Below, in pieces: positions 47,944-60,952 of a stretch of 64,000 nt of DNA. Numbering within the stretch: the stretch's first letter is position 1; every line of letters begins with the position of its first letter. Below the pieces are notes generated by a model. It worked only from the letters and a program-made list of their open reading frames with translations. It was not told where the DNA came from and ran no database searches. Position numbers and translations under genes: made by a program. Source of the DNA: Squalus acanthias (lineage: Eukaryota); NCBI GenBank assembly GCA_030390025.1, contig JASTWF010000033.1:4776001-4840000 (forward strand), given 5' to 3'.

Positions 47944-50900
47944 ACCTCAAACTAATACAGTACCTCAAACTAATATGGTACCTCAAACTAATACAGACCC
48001 TCAAACTAATACAGCCCCTCAAACTAATACAGCCCCTCAAACTAATACAGCTCCTCAAACTAATACAGACCCTCAAACTAATACAGCCCCTCAAACTAAT
48101 ACAGCCCCTCAAACTAATATGGTACCTCAAACTAATACAGACCCTCAAACTAATACAGACCCTCAAACTAATACAGCCCCTCAAACTAATAAAAACCCTC
48201 AAACTAATAAAGACCCTCAAACAATTACAGCTCCTCAAACTAATACAGACCCACAAACTAATACAGCACCTCAAACTAATACAGACCCTCAAACTAATAC
48301 AGCCCCTCAAACTAATACAGCCCCTCAAACTAATAAAAACCCTCAAACTAATAAAGACCCTCAAACAATTACAGCTCCTCAAACTAATACAGACCCACAA
48401 ACTAATACAGACCCTCAAACTAATACAGACCCTCAAACTAATACAGACCCTCAAACTAATACAGCACCTGAAACTAATACAGCCGCTCAAACTAATACAG
48501 GTCCTCAAACTAATACAGACCCTCAAACTAAAACAGTACCTCAAACTAATACAGCCCCTCAAACTAATACAGACCCTCAAACTAATACAGACCCTCAAAC
48601 TAATACAGCCCCTCAAGCTAATACAGACCCACAAACTAATACAGCCCCTCAAGCTAATACAGCCCCTCAAACTAATACAGACCCTCAAACTAATACAGAC
48701 CCTCAAACTAATACAGCCCCTCAAACTCATACAGCCCCTCAAACTAATACAGACCCTCAAACTAATACAGCCCCTCAAACTAATACAGTACATCAAACTA
48801 ATACAGCCCCTCAAACTAATACAGACCGTCAAACTAATAGAAAACCTCAAACTAATACAGCTGCTCAAACTAATACAGCCCCTCAAACTAATATAGCTCC
48901 TCAAACTAATACAGCCCCTCAAACCAATACAGCCCCTCAAGCTAATATAGCTCCTCAAACTAATACAGACCCTCAAACTAATACAGTAGCTGAAACTAAT
49001 ACAGCCCCTCAAACTAATACAGCCCATCAAACTAATACAGATCCTCAATCTAATACAGTCCCTCAAACTATTAAATCCCCTCAAAATAATACAGCCCCTC
49101 AAACTAATACAGACCCTCAAACTAATACAGTCCCTCAAACTAATACAGCCCCTAAAACTAATACAGATCCTCAAACTAATACAACTCCTCAAACTAATAC
49201 AGCAGCTCCAGCTAATACAACTCCTCAAACTAATACAACCCCTCAAAATAATACAGCCCCTCAAACTAATACAGCCCCTCAAAATAATACAGCCCCTCAA
49301 ACTAATACAGCCCCTCAAACTAATACAGCCCCTCAAACTAATACAGACCCTCAAACTAATATAGTCCCTCAAACTAATACAGCCCCTCAAACTAATACAG
49401 ACCCTCAAGCTAATACTGCCCCTCAAACTAATACAGCCCCTCAAACTAATACAGACCCCAAAACTAATACAGCCCCTCAAACTAACACAGCCCCTCAAAC
49501 TAATACAGCCCCTCAAACTAATAAAGACCCTCAAACTAATAAAGACCCTCAAACAATTACAGCTCCTCAAACTAATACAGACCCACAAACTAATACAGCA
49601 CCTCAAACTAATACAGACCCTCAAACTAATACAGCACCTCAAACTAATACAGCCCCTCAAATTAATACAGTACCTCAAACTAATACAGCTCCTCAAACTA
49701 ATACAGACCCTCAAACTAATACAGCCCCTCAAACTAATACAGCCCCTCAAACTAATACAGACCCTCAAACTAATGCAGCCCCTGAAACTAATACAGACCA
49801 TCAAACTAATAGAAAACCTCAAACTAATACAGCTCCTCAAACTAATACAGACCCTCAAACTCATACAGCCCCTCAAACTAATACAGCCCCTCAAACTAAT
49901 ACAGATCCTCAAACTAATACAACTCCTCAAACTAATACAGCACCTCAAACTAATACAACTCCTCAAACTAATACAGACCCTCAAACTAATACAGACCTCA
50001 AACTAATACTGCCGCTCAAACTAATACAGCCCCCCAAACTAATACGGACCCTCAAACTAATAGAGCCCCTCAAACTTATACTGCTCCTCAAACTAATACA
50101 GCCCCTAAAACTAATACAGACCCTCAAACTAATACAGACCCTCAAACAATTACAGCTCCTCAAACTAATACAGACCCCCAAACTAACACAGCACCTCAAA
50201 CTAATTCAGTCCCTCAAACTAATTCAGTCCCTCAAACTAATACAGCCCCTCCAATTAATACAGTACCTCAAACTAATACAGTACCTCAAACTAATACAGC
50301 CCCTCAATCTAATACAGCCCCTCGAACTAATACAGCCCCTCAAACTAATACAGAACCTCAAACTAATACAGCTCCTCAAACTAATACAGACCCTGAAACT
50401 AATGCACTACCTCAAACTAATACAGCTCCTCAAACTAATACAGCCCCTCAAACTAATACAGCCCCTCAAACTAATAGAGCCCCTCAAACTAATACAGACC
50501 CTCAACCTAATAGAGCTCCTCAAACTAATACAGACACTCAAACTAATACAGTCCCTCAAACTAATACAGCCCCTCAAACTAATACAGACCCTCAAACTAA
50601 TACAGCCCCTCAAACTAATACAGACCCTCAAACTAATACAGACCCTCAAACTAATACAGTACCTCAAACTAATACAGCCCCTCAAACTACTACAGCTCCT
50701 CAAACTAATACATTACCTCAAACTAATACAGACCCTCAAACTAATACAGACCCTCAAACTAATACAGCACCTGAAACTAATACAGCCGCTCAAACTAATA
50801 CAGGTCCTCAAACTAATACAGACCCTCAAACTAAAACAGTACCTCAAACTAATACAGCCCCTCAAACTAATACAGCTCCTCGAACTAATACAGTACATCA

Positions 50901-51667
50901 AACTAATACAGCCCCTCAAACTAATACAGCCCCTCAAGCTAATACAGACCCACAAACTAATACAGCCCCTCAAACTAATACAGCCCCTCAAACTAATACA
51001 GACCCTCAAACTAATACAGACCCTCAAACTAATACAGCCCCTCAAACTCATACATCCCCTCAAACTAATACAGACCCTCAAACTAATACAGCCCCTCAAA
51101 CTAATACAGTACATCAAACTAATACAGCCCCTCAAACTAATACAGACCGTCAAACTAATAGAAAACCTCAAACTAATACAGCTGCTCAAACTAATACAGC
51201 CCCTCAAACTAATATAGCTCCTCAAACTAATACAGCCCCTCAAACCAATACAGCCCCTCAAGCTAATATAGCTCCTCAAACTAATACAGACCCTCAAACT
51301 AATACAGTAGCTCAAACTAATACCCCCCTCAAACTAATACAGCTCCTCAAACTAATACAGACCCTCAAACTAATACAGTAGCTCAAACTAATACAGCCCC
51401 TCAAACTAATACAGCTCCTCAAACTAATACAGTACATCAAACTAATACAGCCCCTCAAACTAATACAGACCCTCAAACTAATACAGCCCCTCAAACTAAT
51501 ACAGTCCCTCAAACTAATACAGACCGTAAAACTAATGCAGCCCCTCAAACTAATAATGACCCTCAAACTAATACAGACCCTCAAACTAATACAGCCCCTC
51601 AAACTAATTCAGTCCCTCAAACTAATACAGACCCTCAAACTAATACAGCCCCTCAAACTAATACAGT

Positions 51668-52576
51668 AAAAATGTTTGTAGGCTGAAGGCTGGAAATTAT
51701 AGACCAGTTAGCCTAACATCTGTGGTGGGATAAATTTTGGAGTCTATTATTAAGGAGACAGTAACGGAACATTTAGATAAAGTTAGTATGCAGGTGCAGC
51801 AGGTGATCAAGAAAGCCAATGGAATGTTGGCTTTTATTGCTAGGGGGATAGAATATAAAAACAGGTAGGTATTGCTGCAGTTGTATTGGGTATTGGTGAG
51901 ACCGCACCTGGAGTACTGCATACAGTTTTGGTGTCCATACTTAAGAAAAGACATACTTGCTGTCGAGGCAGTACAAATAAGGTTCACTCGGTTAATTCCG
52001 GGGATGAGGGGGTGGACATACGAGAAGAGGTTGAGTAGATTGGGACTCTACTCATTGGAGTTTAGAAGAATGAGAGGCGATCTTATTGAAACATATAAGA
52101 TTGTGAAGGGGCTTGATCGGGTGGACGCGGTGAGGATGTTCCCAATGATGGGTGAAACTAGAATGAGGGGACATAATCTTAGAATAAGGGGCTCCTCTTT
52201 CAAAACTGAGATGAGGAGAAACTTTTTCACTCAGAGGGTAGTGGGTCTGTGGAATTTGCTACCCCTGGAAGCTGTGGAAGCTACTTCATTAAATAAAATT
52301 AAAACAGAAATAGACCGTTTCCTAGAAGTAAAGGGAATTAGGGGTTACGGGGAGCGGGCTGGAAATTGGACATGAGTTTGTGTTCGGATCAGTTAAGGCC
52401 CTGTGGGTGGCGGAGCGGGCCCAGGGGCCGAGTGGCCTGGTCCTGCTCCTGCTTCTTATGTTCTTTAGAGTTGAGGTTGGATCAGATCAGCCATGATCTA
52501 ATTGAATGGCGGAGCAGGTCGAGGGGCCGATTGGTCTACTCCTGCTACTTTTTCTTATGTTCTTATTTTCTTATGT
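51668..52576 (+). mobile_element. Internally deleted CR1 fragment inserted in the satellite, copy 2
   Basis: Nearly identical to 47034-47943 with the same junctions; offset 4633-4634 bp. Confidence 0.9.
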
Positions 52577-54570
52577 ACCTCAAACTAATGCAGTACCTCA
52601 AACTAATATGGTACCTCAAACTAATACAGACCCTCAAACTAATACAGCCCCTCAAACTAATAAAAACCCTCAAACTAATAAAGACCCACAAACAATTACA
52701 GCTCCTCAAACTAATACAGACCCACAAACTAATACAGCACCTCAAACTAATACAGACCCTCAAACTAATACAGCCCCTCAAACTAATACAGCCCCTCAAA
52801 CTAATAAAAACCCTCAAACTAATAAAGACCCTCAAACAATTACAGCTCCTCAAACTAATACAGACCCACAAACTAATACAGACACTCAAACTAATACAGC
52901 CCCTCAAACTAATAAAAACCCTCAAACTAATACAGACCCTCAAACTAATACAGCCCCTCAAATTAATACAGTACCTCAAACTAATACAGCTCCTCAAACT
53001 AATACAGCCCCTCAAACTAATACAGACCCTCAAACTAATGCAGCCCCTCAAACTAATACAGACCCTCAAACTAATACAGACCCTCAAACTAATACAGACC
53101 CTCAAACTAATACAGACCCTCAAACTAATGCAGCCCCTCAAACTAATAGAAAACCTCAAACTAATACAGCTCCTCAAACTAATACAGACCCTCAAACTAA
53201 TACAGCCCCTCAAACTAATACAGCCCCTCAAACTAATACAGATCCTCAAACTAATACAGCCCCTCAAACTAATACAGATCCTCAAACTAATACAACTCCT
53301 CAAACTAATACAGCCCCTCAAACTAATACAGACCCTCAAACTAATAAACATCCTCAAACTAATACAGCCCTTCAAACTAATACAACCCCTCAAACTAATA
53401 CAGCCCCTCAACCTAATAGAGCTCCTCAAACTAATACAGACACTCAAACTAATACAGACCCTCAAACTAAAACAGTAACTCAAACTAATACAGCCCCTGA
53501 AACTAATGCACTACCTCAAACTAATACAGCTCCTCAAACTAATACAGCTCCTCAAACTAATACAGACCCTCAAACTAATACAGCCCCTCAAACTAATACA
53601 GACCCTCAAACTAATAGAGCTCCTCAAACTAATACAGACACTCAAACTAATACAGTCCCTCAAACTAATACAGACCCTCAAACTAATACAGACCCTCAAA
53701 CTAAAACAGTACCTCAAACTAATACAGCCCCTCAAACTAATACAGACCCTCAAACAAATACAGCCCCTCAAACTAATACAGACCCTCAAACTAATACAGC
53801 CCCTCAAACTGATACAGCCCCTCAAACTAATACAGACACTCAAACTAATACAGCTCCTCAAACTAATACAGACCCTCAAACTAATACAGCTCCTCAAACT
53901 AATACAGACACTCAAACTAATAGAGAACCTCAAACTAATACAGACGCTCAAACTAATAGAGAACCTCAAACTAATACAGCCCTTCAAACTAATACAGACC
54001 CTCAAACTAATACAGCCCCTCAAATTAATACAGCTCCTCAAACTAATACAGTACCTCAATCTAATACAGCCCCTCAAACTAATACAGCCCCTCAAACGAA
54101 TACAGTACCTCAAACTAATACAGCCCCTCAAACTAATACAGCCCCTCAAACTAATACAGCCCCTCAAACTAATACAGCCCCTCAAACTAATACAGTACCT
54201 CAAACTAATACAGCCCCTCAAACTAATACAGCCCCTCAAACTAATACTGCCCCTTAAACTAATACAGCCCCTCAAACTAATACAGCCCCTCAAACTAATA
54301 CAGTTCCTCTAACTAGTAGACAGACCCACCCACCACCTTTCTGGTCCAAAGTCCTGTAAACTCCTGTTCCCACAAAGTCACAGTGCATGGGATATCACTT
54401 GCCAGACACCATGAGGTCATAGAAACATAGAAACATAGAAACTGGGACTTTAACAGGCGAACAACAACTCATTGTACAGATTATTTGAACAGTTTAACAA
54501 TGCGAATTCTAAATATAAATTTAAAAGTCTTGTGTTTATTTCTGTTAAGTTAGTAATGGTCTATTAAATA

Positions 54571-55842
54571 ATGGCATGGCAGGGCACCTCATCCCCGTGG
54601 AATACACATCTTGTGCCATGTGGGAACTCCAGTACACTTCCCGTGTCCTGGACAATCACACGTGCAGGAAGTGTCGTCAGCTGGAGGAGCTCGAACTCCG
54701 GTATTAGGAGCTTGAACAGCAACTGGCGTCACTGCGGTGCATCCGTGAGGCTGAGAGCTACGTGGACAGCACGTTTCAGGAGATGGTCACCCCGCAACCT
54801 AAGAGTGTGCAGGCAGAGAGGGAATGGGTGACCGCCAGACAGACAAGAAGGACCAGGCAGGTAGTGCAGGAGTCTCCTGAGTGCATCTCACTCTCTAACC
54901 GGTATTCAGTGGTACATACTGGAGAGGGAGTTGGTTCCTCGGTCGAGTATTTCCAGAGCCAAGTCCAGAGCACCACGGATGGATCAGCTCTACAGTGGGG
55001 GGTGGCGGGGGGGGGGCGCGGGGGGGGCGCGGGGGAGGAGAAAGATCAGGACAGCAATAGTGATCGGGGATTCAATAGTTAGGGGAATAGTCAATCGTTT
55101 CTGCGGCCGCAGACGTTACTCCAGGAGGATATGTTTCCTCCCTGGTGCCAGGGTCAAGGATTGAAGAACATTCTGAGGGGGGAGGTTGAGCAGCCAGAGG
55201 TCGTGGTCCATATCGGTACCAATGACATATGTAGAAAGTGGGATGAGGACCTGCAGGCAGATTTTAGGGAGCTGGGAAAGAGATTAAAATCAGGACCTCA
55301 AAGGTAGTAATGTTCGGATTACTCCCGGTGCCTGTGCTGTGAGTATAGAAGTAGGAGGATAGAGTCAGATGAATGAGTGGCTGGAGAGATGGTGCATTCG
55401 GGAGTGCTTTAGATTCCTGGGACATTGGGACCGGTTCTCGGGGAGCTGGGGCCTGTACAGGCCGGAAAGTTTGCACCTCAACAGGGCCGAAACCAATGGC
55501 CTCGACGGGGAGGGGGCTGGGTTGCTCGTAGTGTTGGGGAGGTTTTAAACTAATTTGTCAGTGGGTGGGCACCAGGCTGTAGCATTAGAAAGGAGAATCA
55601 AGGTGCACAAAGGATTGGCAGAGACGGATAGTACAAGAGTAATAAAGAATAAGGCCCTATGTGGGGTCAGACTAAGAGAATACAAGACAGGTTTACAGTG
55701 CATGTGGGTAAATGCATGAAGTGTGGTTAATAAGGTTGGTGAGCTGCAGGCACAAGTAGCCACATGGCAATATGTTGTCGTGATGATAATGGAGACATGC
55801 TCAAAAAGGGAAGGATTGGGTACCAAATATTCCTGGGGAGAA
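54571..55842 (+). mobile_element. Decayed CR1 5' portion (ORF1 zinc finger/esterase and start of ORF2)
   Basis: CAMWEL...HTCRKCRQLEEL, AIVIGDSIVRGI, FLPGARVKD, VVHIGTND, VNKVGELQAQVATWQYVVVMIMET. Confidence 0.82.
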
Positions 55843-56636
55843 GGTCATAGTCATAGTCACAGTCATAGATTTATACAGCACAGAAAGAGGCCCCTTGGCC
55901 CATCGTGTCTGCGCCGGCCATCAAGCCCCATCTATTCTTATCCCATTTTCCAGTACTTGGTCCGTAGCCTTGTATGCTATGGCGTTTCGAGTGCTCGTCT
56001 AAATGCTTCTTGAATGTTGTGAGGGTTCCTGCCTCTACCACCCTTTTAGGCAGTGAGTTCCAGATTCCAACCACCCTCTGGGTGAAAAAGTTTTTCCTCA
56101 AATCCCCTCTAAACCTTCTGCCCCTTACATTGAAACTATGCCCCCTGGTTATTGACCCCTCTACTAAGGGGAAAAGTTATTTTCTATCTACCGTATCAAT
56201 GTCCCTCATAATTTTGTACACCTCAATCAGGTTCCCCCCTCAGCCTTCTCTGCTCTAAGGAAAACAACCCCAGCCTGTCCAGTTTCTCCTCATAGCTGAA
56301 GCGCTCCAGCCCATGTAACATCCTGGTGAATCTCCTCTGCACCCTTTCAAATGCAATCACATCCTTCCTATAGTGTGGCGACCAGAACTGCACACAGTAT
56401 TCCAGCTGTGGCCTAACTAGCATTTTGTTCAGCTCCGTTGTAACCTCCCTGCACTTATATGCTATGCCTCGGCGAATGAAGGCAAGTATCCCATATGCCT
56501 TTTTAACCACCTTATCTACCTCTCCTGCTGCCTTCAGGGATCTATGTACATGCACACCAAGGTTCCTCTGAACCTCCCTCCTTCCAAGGGTCCTACAATT
56601 CATTGTATATTCCCTTCCCATGTTAATCTTCCCAAA
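55843..56636 (-). mobile_element. CR1 LINE 3' fragment
   Basis: LGVHVHRSLKAAGEVDKVVKKAYGILAFI...LVRPQLEYCVQFWSPHYRKD; (tcatag)n tail. Confidence 0.9.
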
Positions 56637-57890
56637 ATGCTCATTTCAAAAACACAGACAACTCATTTCACAAACTCAGAAATTCATTTCAGAGACCTAG
56701 ACAGATCCATTCACAGACCCAGACAGATCCATTCACAGACTCAGACAGCTCCAATCACAGAAACAGACAGCAACATTCACAGACATGGAAAGCTGATTTC
56801 AAAAACCCAGACAGCTCATTTCAAAAACACAGAAAGTTCATTTCACAGATCCAGACGTCTCCATTCACAGACACAGACAACTCATTTCAGAGACTCAGTC
56901 AGCTAAATACACAGACCCAGATAGCTACATTCACAGACCCAGACATCTCCATTCACAGATCCAGACAGCTGCATTCACAGACCCAGAAAGCTCCATTCAC
57001 AGACTCAGAAAGTTCATTTCACAGACCTAGACATCTCCATTCACAGAGAAAGACAACTCATTCCACAGATACCGACAGCTCCATTCACAGACCCTGACAG
57101 ATCCATTCACAGGCCCAGACAATTCACTTCACAGACCCAGAAAGCTCCATTCACAGTCACAGACAGCGACATTCACAGGCCCAGGCAGCTTCATTCACAG
57201 ATCCAAACAGTTCCATTCACAGACCCAGACTGCTCCATTCACAGACCCAGAGAGCTCCATTCACAGACCCAGGCAGCACCTTTCACAGACCCAGGCAGCT
57301 CCATTCACAGACTCAGACAGCTCCATTCACAGACACAGACAGCTCCATTCACAGACTCAGACAGCTCCATTCACAGACCCAGAGAGCTCCATTCACAGAC
57401 CCAGGCAGCTCCTTTCACAGACACAGGCACCTCCATTCACAGACTCAGACGGCTGACTTCAAAGACTTAGAAAGCTGATGACACAGACCCAGACAGCTCC
57501 ATTCACAGACTCAGACAGCTCCATTCACAGACCCAGACAGCTCCATTCACAGACTCAGACAGCTCCATTCACAGACCCAGACAACTCCATTCTCAGACCC
57601 AGACAGCTCATTTCACAGACACAGACAGCTCCATTCACCGACCCAGACTGTTCCATTCACAGACCCAGACAGCTCTATTGAAAGACCCAGACAGTTCTAT
57701 TCACAGACCCAGATAGATCATTTCACAGACCAAGACATCGCCATTCACAGACCAAGACAGATCGTTTCACAGACTCAGAAAGCTCATTTGAATGTCCCAG
57801 ACAAGTCCATTCACAGACCCAGACAGCTCACTTCACAGACCTAGACAGCTCCAGTCACAGATCCAGACAGCTCCATTCACAGACCCAGAC

Positions 57891-58056
57891 AGTCCAAAGA
57901 TATGCGGGTTAGGTTGATTTGGCTATGATAAATTGACCATTAGTGTTAGGGGGATTAAATACGTGAGGTTACGGGGATAGGGTGGGATATGTGTCGTTGC
58001 AGGCTCGATGGTCCGAAATGGCCACTATCTGCATTTGGGGGTTCTGTGATTCAGTG
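57891..58056 (+). mobile_element. 5'-truncated HE1-type (V-SINE) SINE fragment
   Basis: tccaaagatatgcgggttaggttgatttggctatgataaattg...ttagtgt resembles the V-SINE core, followed by a LINE-type tail gctcgatggtccgaaatggcc. Confidence 0.7.
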
Positions 58057-59768
58057 CTTTCACAGACCCAGACAGCTCCATTCACAGACATGGAAAGTTA
58101 ATTTCAAAAACCAAGACAGCTCATTTCACAAACACAGAAGGTTCATTTCACATACCCAGACATTTCCCTTCACAGACCCAGACTACTCATTTCACAGACC
58201 CAGACAGCTCCATTGACAGACCCAGACAGCTTATTTCAAAGATTCAGACAGCTCAATTCACAGACACAGACATCTCCATTCACATACCGAGACAGCTCCA
58301 TTCACAGACTCAGACAGCTCAATGCACAGACCCAGACATCTCCATTCACAGAACTAGACAACGCATTTCACAGACTCCGAAAGCTCCATTCACAGACCCA
58401 TGCAGCTCCATTCACAGACCCAGACAACTCATCGCACAGACTCGGTCAGCACAATTCACAGACCCTGACATCACAATTCACAGAGGCACACAGCTCCATT
58501 CACAGACTCAGACAGCTCCATTAACAGACCCAGACAGCTCCATTCACAGACGCAGAAAGCTCCATTCACAGACTCAGACAGCTCAATTCACAGACTCAGA
58601 CAACTCCATTCACAGAAACAGACAGCAACATTCACAGACATGGAAAGCTGATTTGAACAGATTCAGACAATTCATTTGACAGACCCAGATCTCCATTCAA
58701 AGACTCAGAAAGCTCATTTCAGACACTCAGACAGCTCCATTCAAAGATCCAGACGGCTGACTTCAAAGACTCTGAAAGCTCAAGTTACAGACCCAGACAG
58801 CTACATTAACAACGTCAGACAGCTCTATTCACAGACCCAGACAACTCCATTTTCAGACCCAGATGGCACATTTCACAGACCCAGACAGCTCATTCACAGA
58901 CACAGACAGTTCCATTCACAGATCCAGACAGCTCCATTTACAGACTCAGACAGCTCCATTCACAGACCCATACAGCTCCATTCACAGACCCAGACAGCTC
59001 CTTTCACAGACCCAGACAGCTCCATTCACAGACCCAGACAGCTCCATTTACAGACTCAGACAGCTCCATTCATAGACCCAGACAGCTCCATTCACAGACC
59101 CAGACAGCTCCATTCACAGACCTAGACAGCTCATTCACAGACTCAGACAGCTCCATTCATAGACCCAAACAGCTCCATTCACAGACTCAGACAGCTCCAT
59201 TCACAGATCCAGACAGCTCCATTCAAAGAACCAGGCAGCTCCATTCACAGAACCAGACAGCTCCATTCACAGATACAGACAGCTCCATTCACAGACCCAG
59301 ACAGCTCCATTCACAGACTCAACAGCTCCATTCACAGACCCAGACAGCTCCATTTACAGACTCAGACAGCTCCATTCACAGACCCAGACAGCTCATTCAC
59401 CGACACTGATAGCTCCATTCACAGACTCAGACAGCTCCATTCACAGATCCAGACAGCTCCATTTAGAGACACAGACAGCTCCATTCACAGAACAAGACAG
59501 CTCCATTTAAAGACTCAGACAGCTTCATTCACAGACCCAGACAACTCCATTCACAGACTCAGACAGCTCCAATCACAGACCAAGACAGCTCATTCACAGA
59601 CCCACACAGCTCATTCACAGATACAGGTGGCTCCATTCACAGACCCAAACAGCTCCATTCACAGACACGGACAGCTCCATTCAGAGACCCAGACAGCTCC
59701 ATTTACAGACTACGACAGCTCCATTCACAGACCCAAACAGCTCATTTCACAGACCCAGACAGCTCCAT

Positions 59769-59860
59769 TGAAGATAGTTCTTCGACCTGAAACGTTAACT
59801 CGGTTTCTCTCTCCCCGGATTGTGCCTGGCCTGCTGAGTTTTCCAGCATTTTCTGTTGTT
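59769..59860 (+). mobile_element. Penelope terminal fragment with a hammerhead remnant, inside the 22-bp satellite (copy 1)
   Basis: tgaagatagttcttcgacctGAAACGTTAACtc...gcctggcctgctgagttttccagcattttctg. Confidence 0.75.
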
Positions 59861-60860
59861 AGATTCATTCACAGATTCAGACAGCTCCATTCACAGACTC
59901 AGAAAGTTCATTTCAGAGACCTAGATAAAACCATTCACAGACACAGACAGTTCCATTCAGAGACCCAGACAGCTTCATTCACAGACTCCGAAAGTTCATT
60001 TCACAGATCCAGACAGCTCCATTCACAGACCCAGACAGATCCATTCACAGACTCAGACAGCTCCATTCACAGACCCAGACAACTCCATTCACAAACCCAG
60101 ACAGCTCCATTTACAGACATGGAAAGCTGATTTGAAAAAAACAGACAGCTCATTTCACGAGCAGATTCAGACAATTCATTTGACAGACCCAGACATCTCC
60201 ATTCAGAGACTCAGAAAGCTCATTTCAGTCACTCAGACAACTCCATTCAAAGATCCAGACGGCTGACTTCAAAGACTCTGAAAGCTCAGGTCACAGACCT
60301 AGACAGCTCCATTAACAACGTCAGACAGCTCTATTCACAGACCCAGACAACTCCATTTTCAGACCCAGACAGCACATTTCACAGACCCAGACAGCTCATT
60401 CACAGACACATACAGTTCCATTCACAGATCCAGACAGCTCCATTTACAGATCCAGACAGCTCCATTCACAGACCCAGACAGCTCCTTTCACAGACCCAGA
60501 CAGCTCCATTCACAGACCCAGACAGCTCATTCACCGACACAGATAGCTCCATTCACAGACCCAAACAGCACCATTCACAGACTCAGACAGCTCCATTCAC
60601 AGACCCAGACAGTTCCCTTCACAGACCCAGACAGCTCCATTCACAGACCCAGACAGCTCCATTTACAGACCCAGACAGCTCAATTCACAGACCCAGACAG
60701 CTCCAATCACAGACTCAGACAGCTCTATTCATGGACCCAGGCAGCTGATTTCACAGAGCCAGACAGCACATTTCACAGATCCAGACAGCTCCATTCAAAG
60801 ACACAGACAGCTCATTTCATCGACCAAGACAGCTCCATTCACAGACCCAGACAGCTCCAT

Positions 60861-60952
60861 TGACGATAGGTCATCGACCTGAAACGTTAACTCAGTTTCT
60901 CTCTCCACGGATTGTGCCCGGCCTGCAGAGTTTTCCAGCGTTTTCTGTTGTT
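60861..60952 (+). mobile_element. Penelope terminal fragment with a hammerhead remnant, inside the 22-bp satellite (copy 2)
   Basis: tGACGAtaggtcatcgacctGAAACGTTAACtc...; same junctions as copy 1, 1092 bp downstream. Confidence 0.75.

Larger units (their letters stand above)
41085..54312 (+). repeat. 13-kb 18-bp satellite array
   Basis: Near-constant ctcaaactaatacag plus a variable trinucleotide (ccc/acc/tac/ctc/cac/tcc); occasional 17-nt units; interrupted by two CR1 copies. Confidence 0.97.

Noticed and set aside
41053..54312. Long ORFs (LKLIQP)n, (CISLRG)n and (PQTNTA)n of up to 1114 aa as real genes
   Set aside because: They are translations of an 18-bp satellite, open in several frames on both strands, with frame switches at 17-nt units. 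Only the leader fusion is kept, as a speculative finding.
41085..54312. CRISPR-like constant repeat with variable spacer
   Set aside because: The variable part is only 3 nt and recurrent, there are no unique spacers or cas genes, and the context is eukaryotic.
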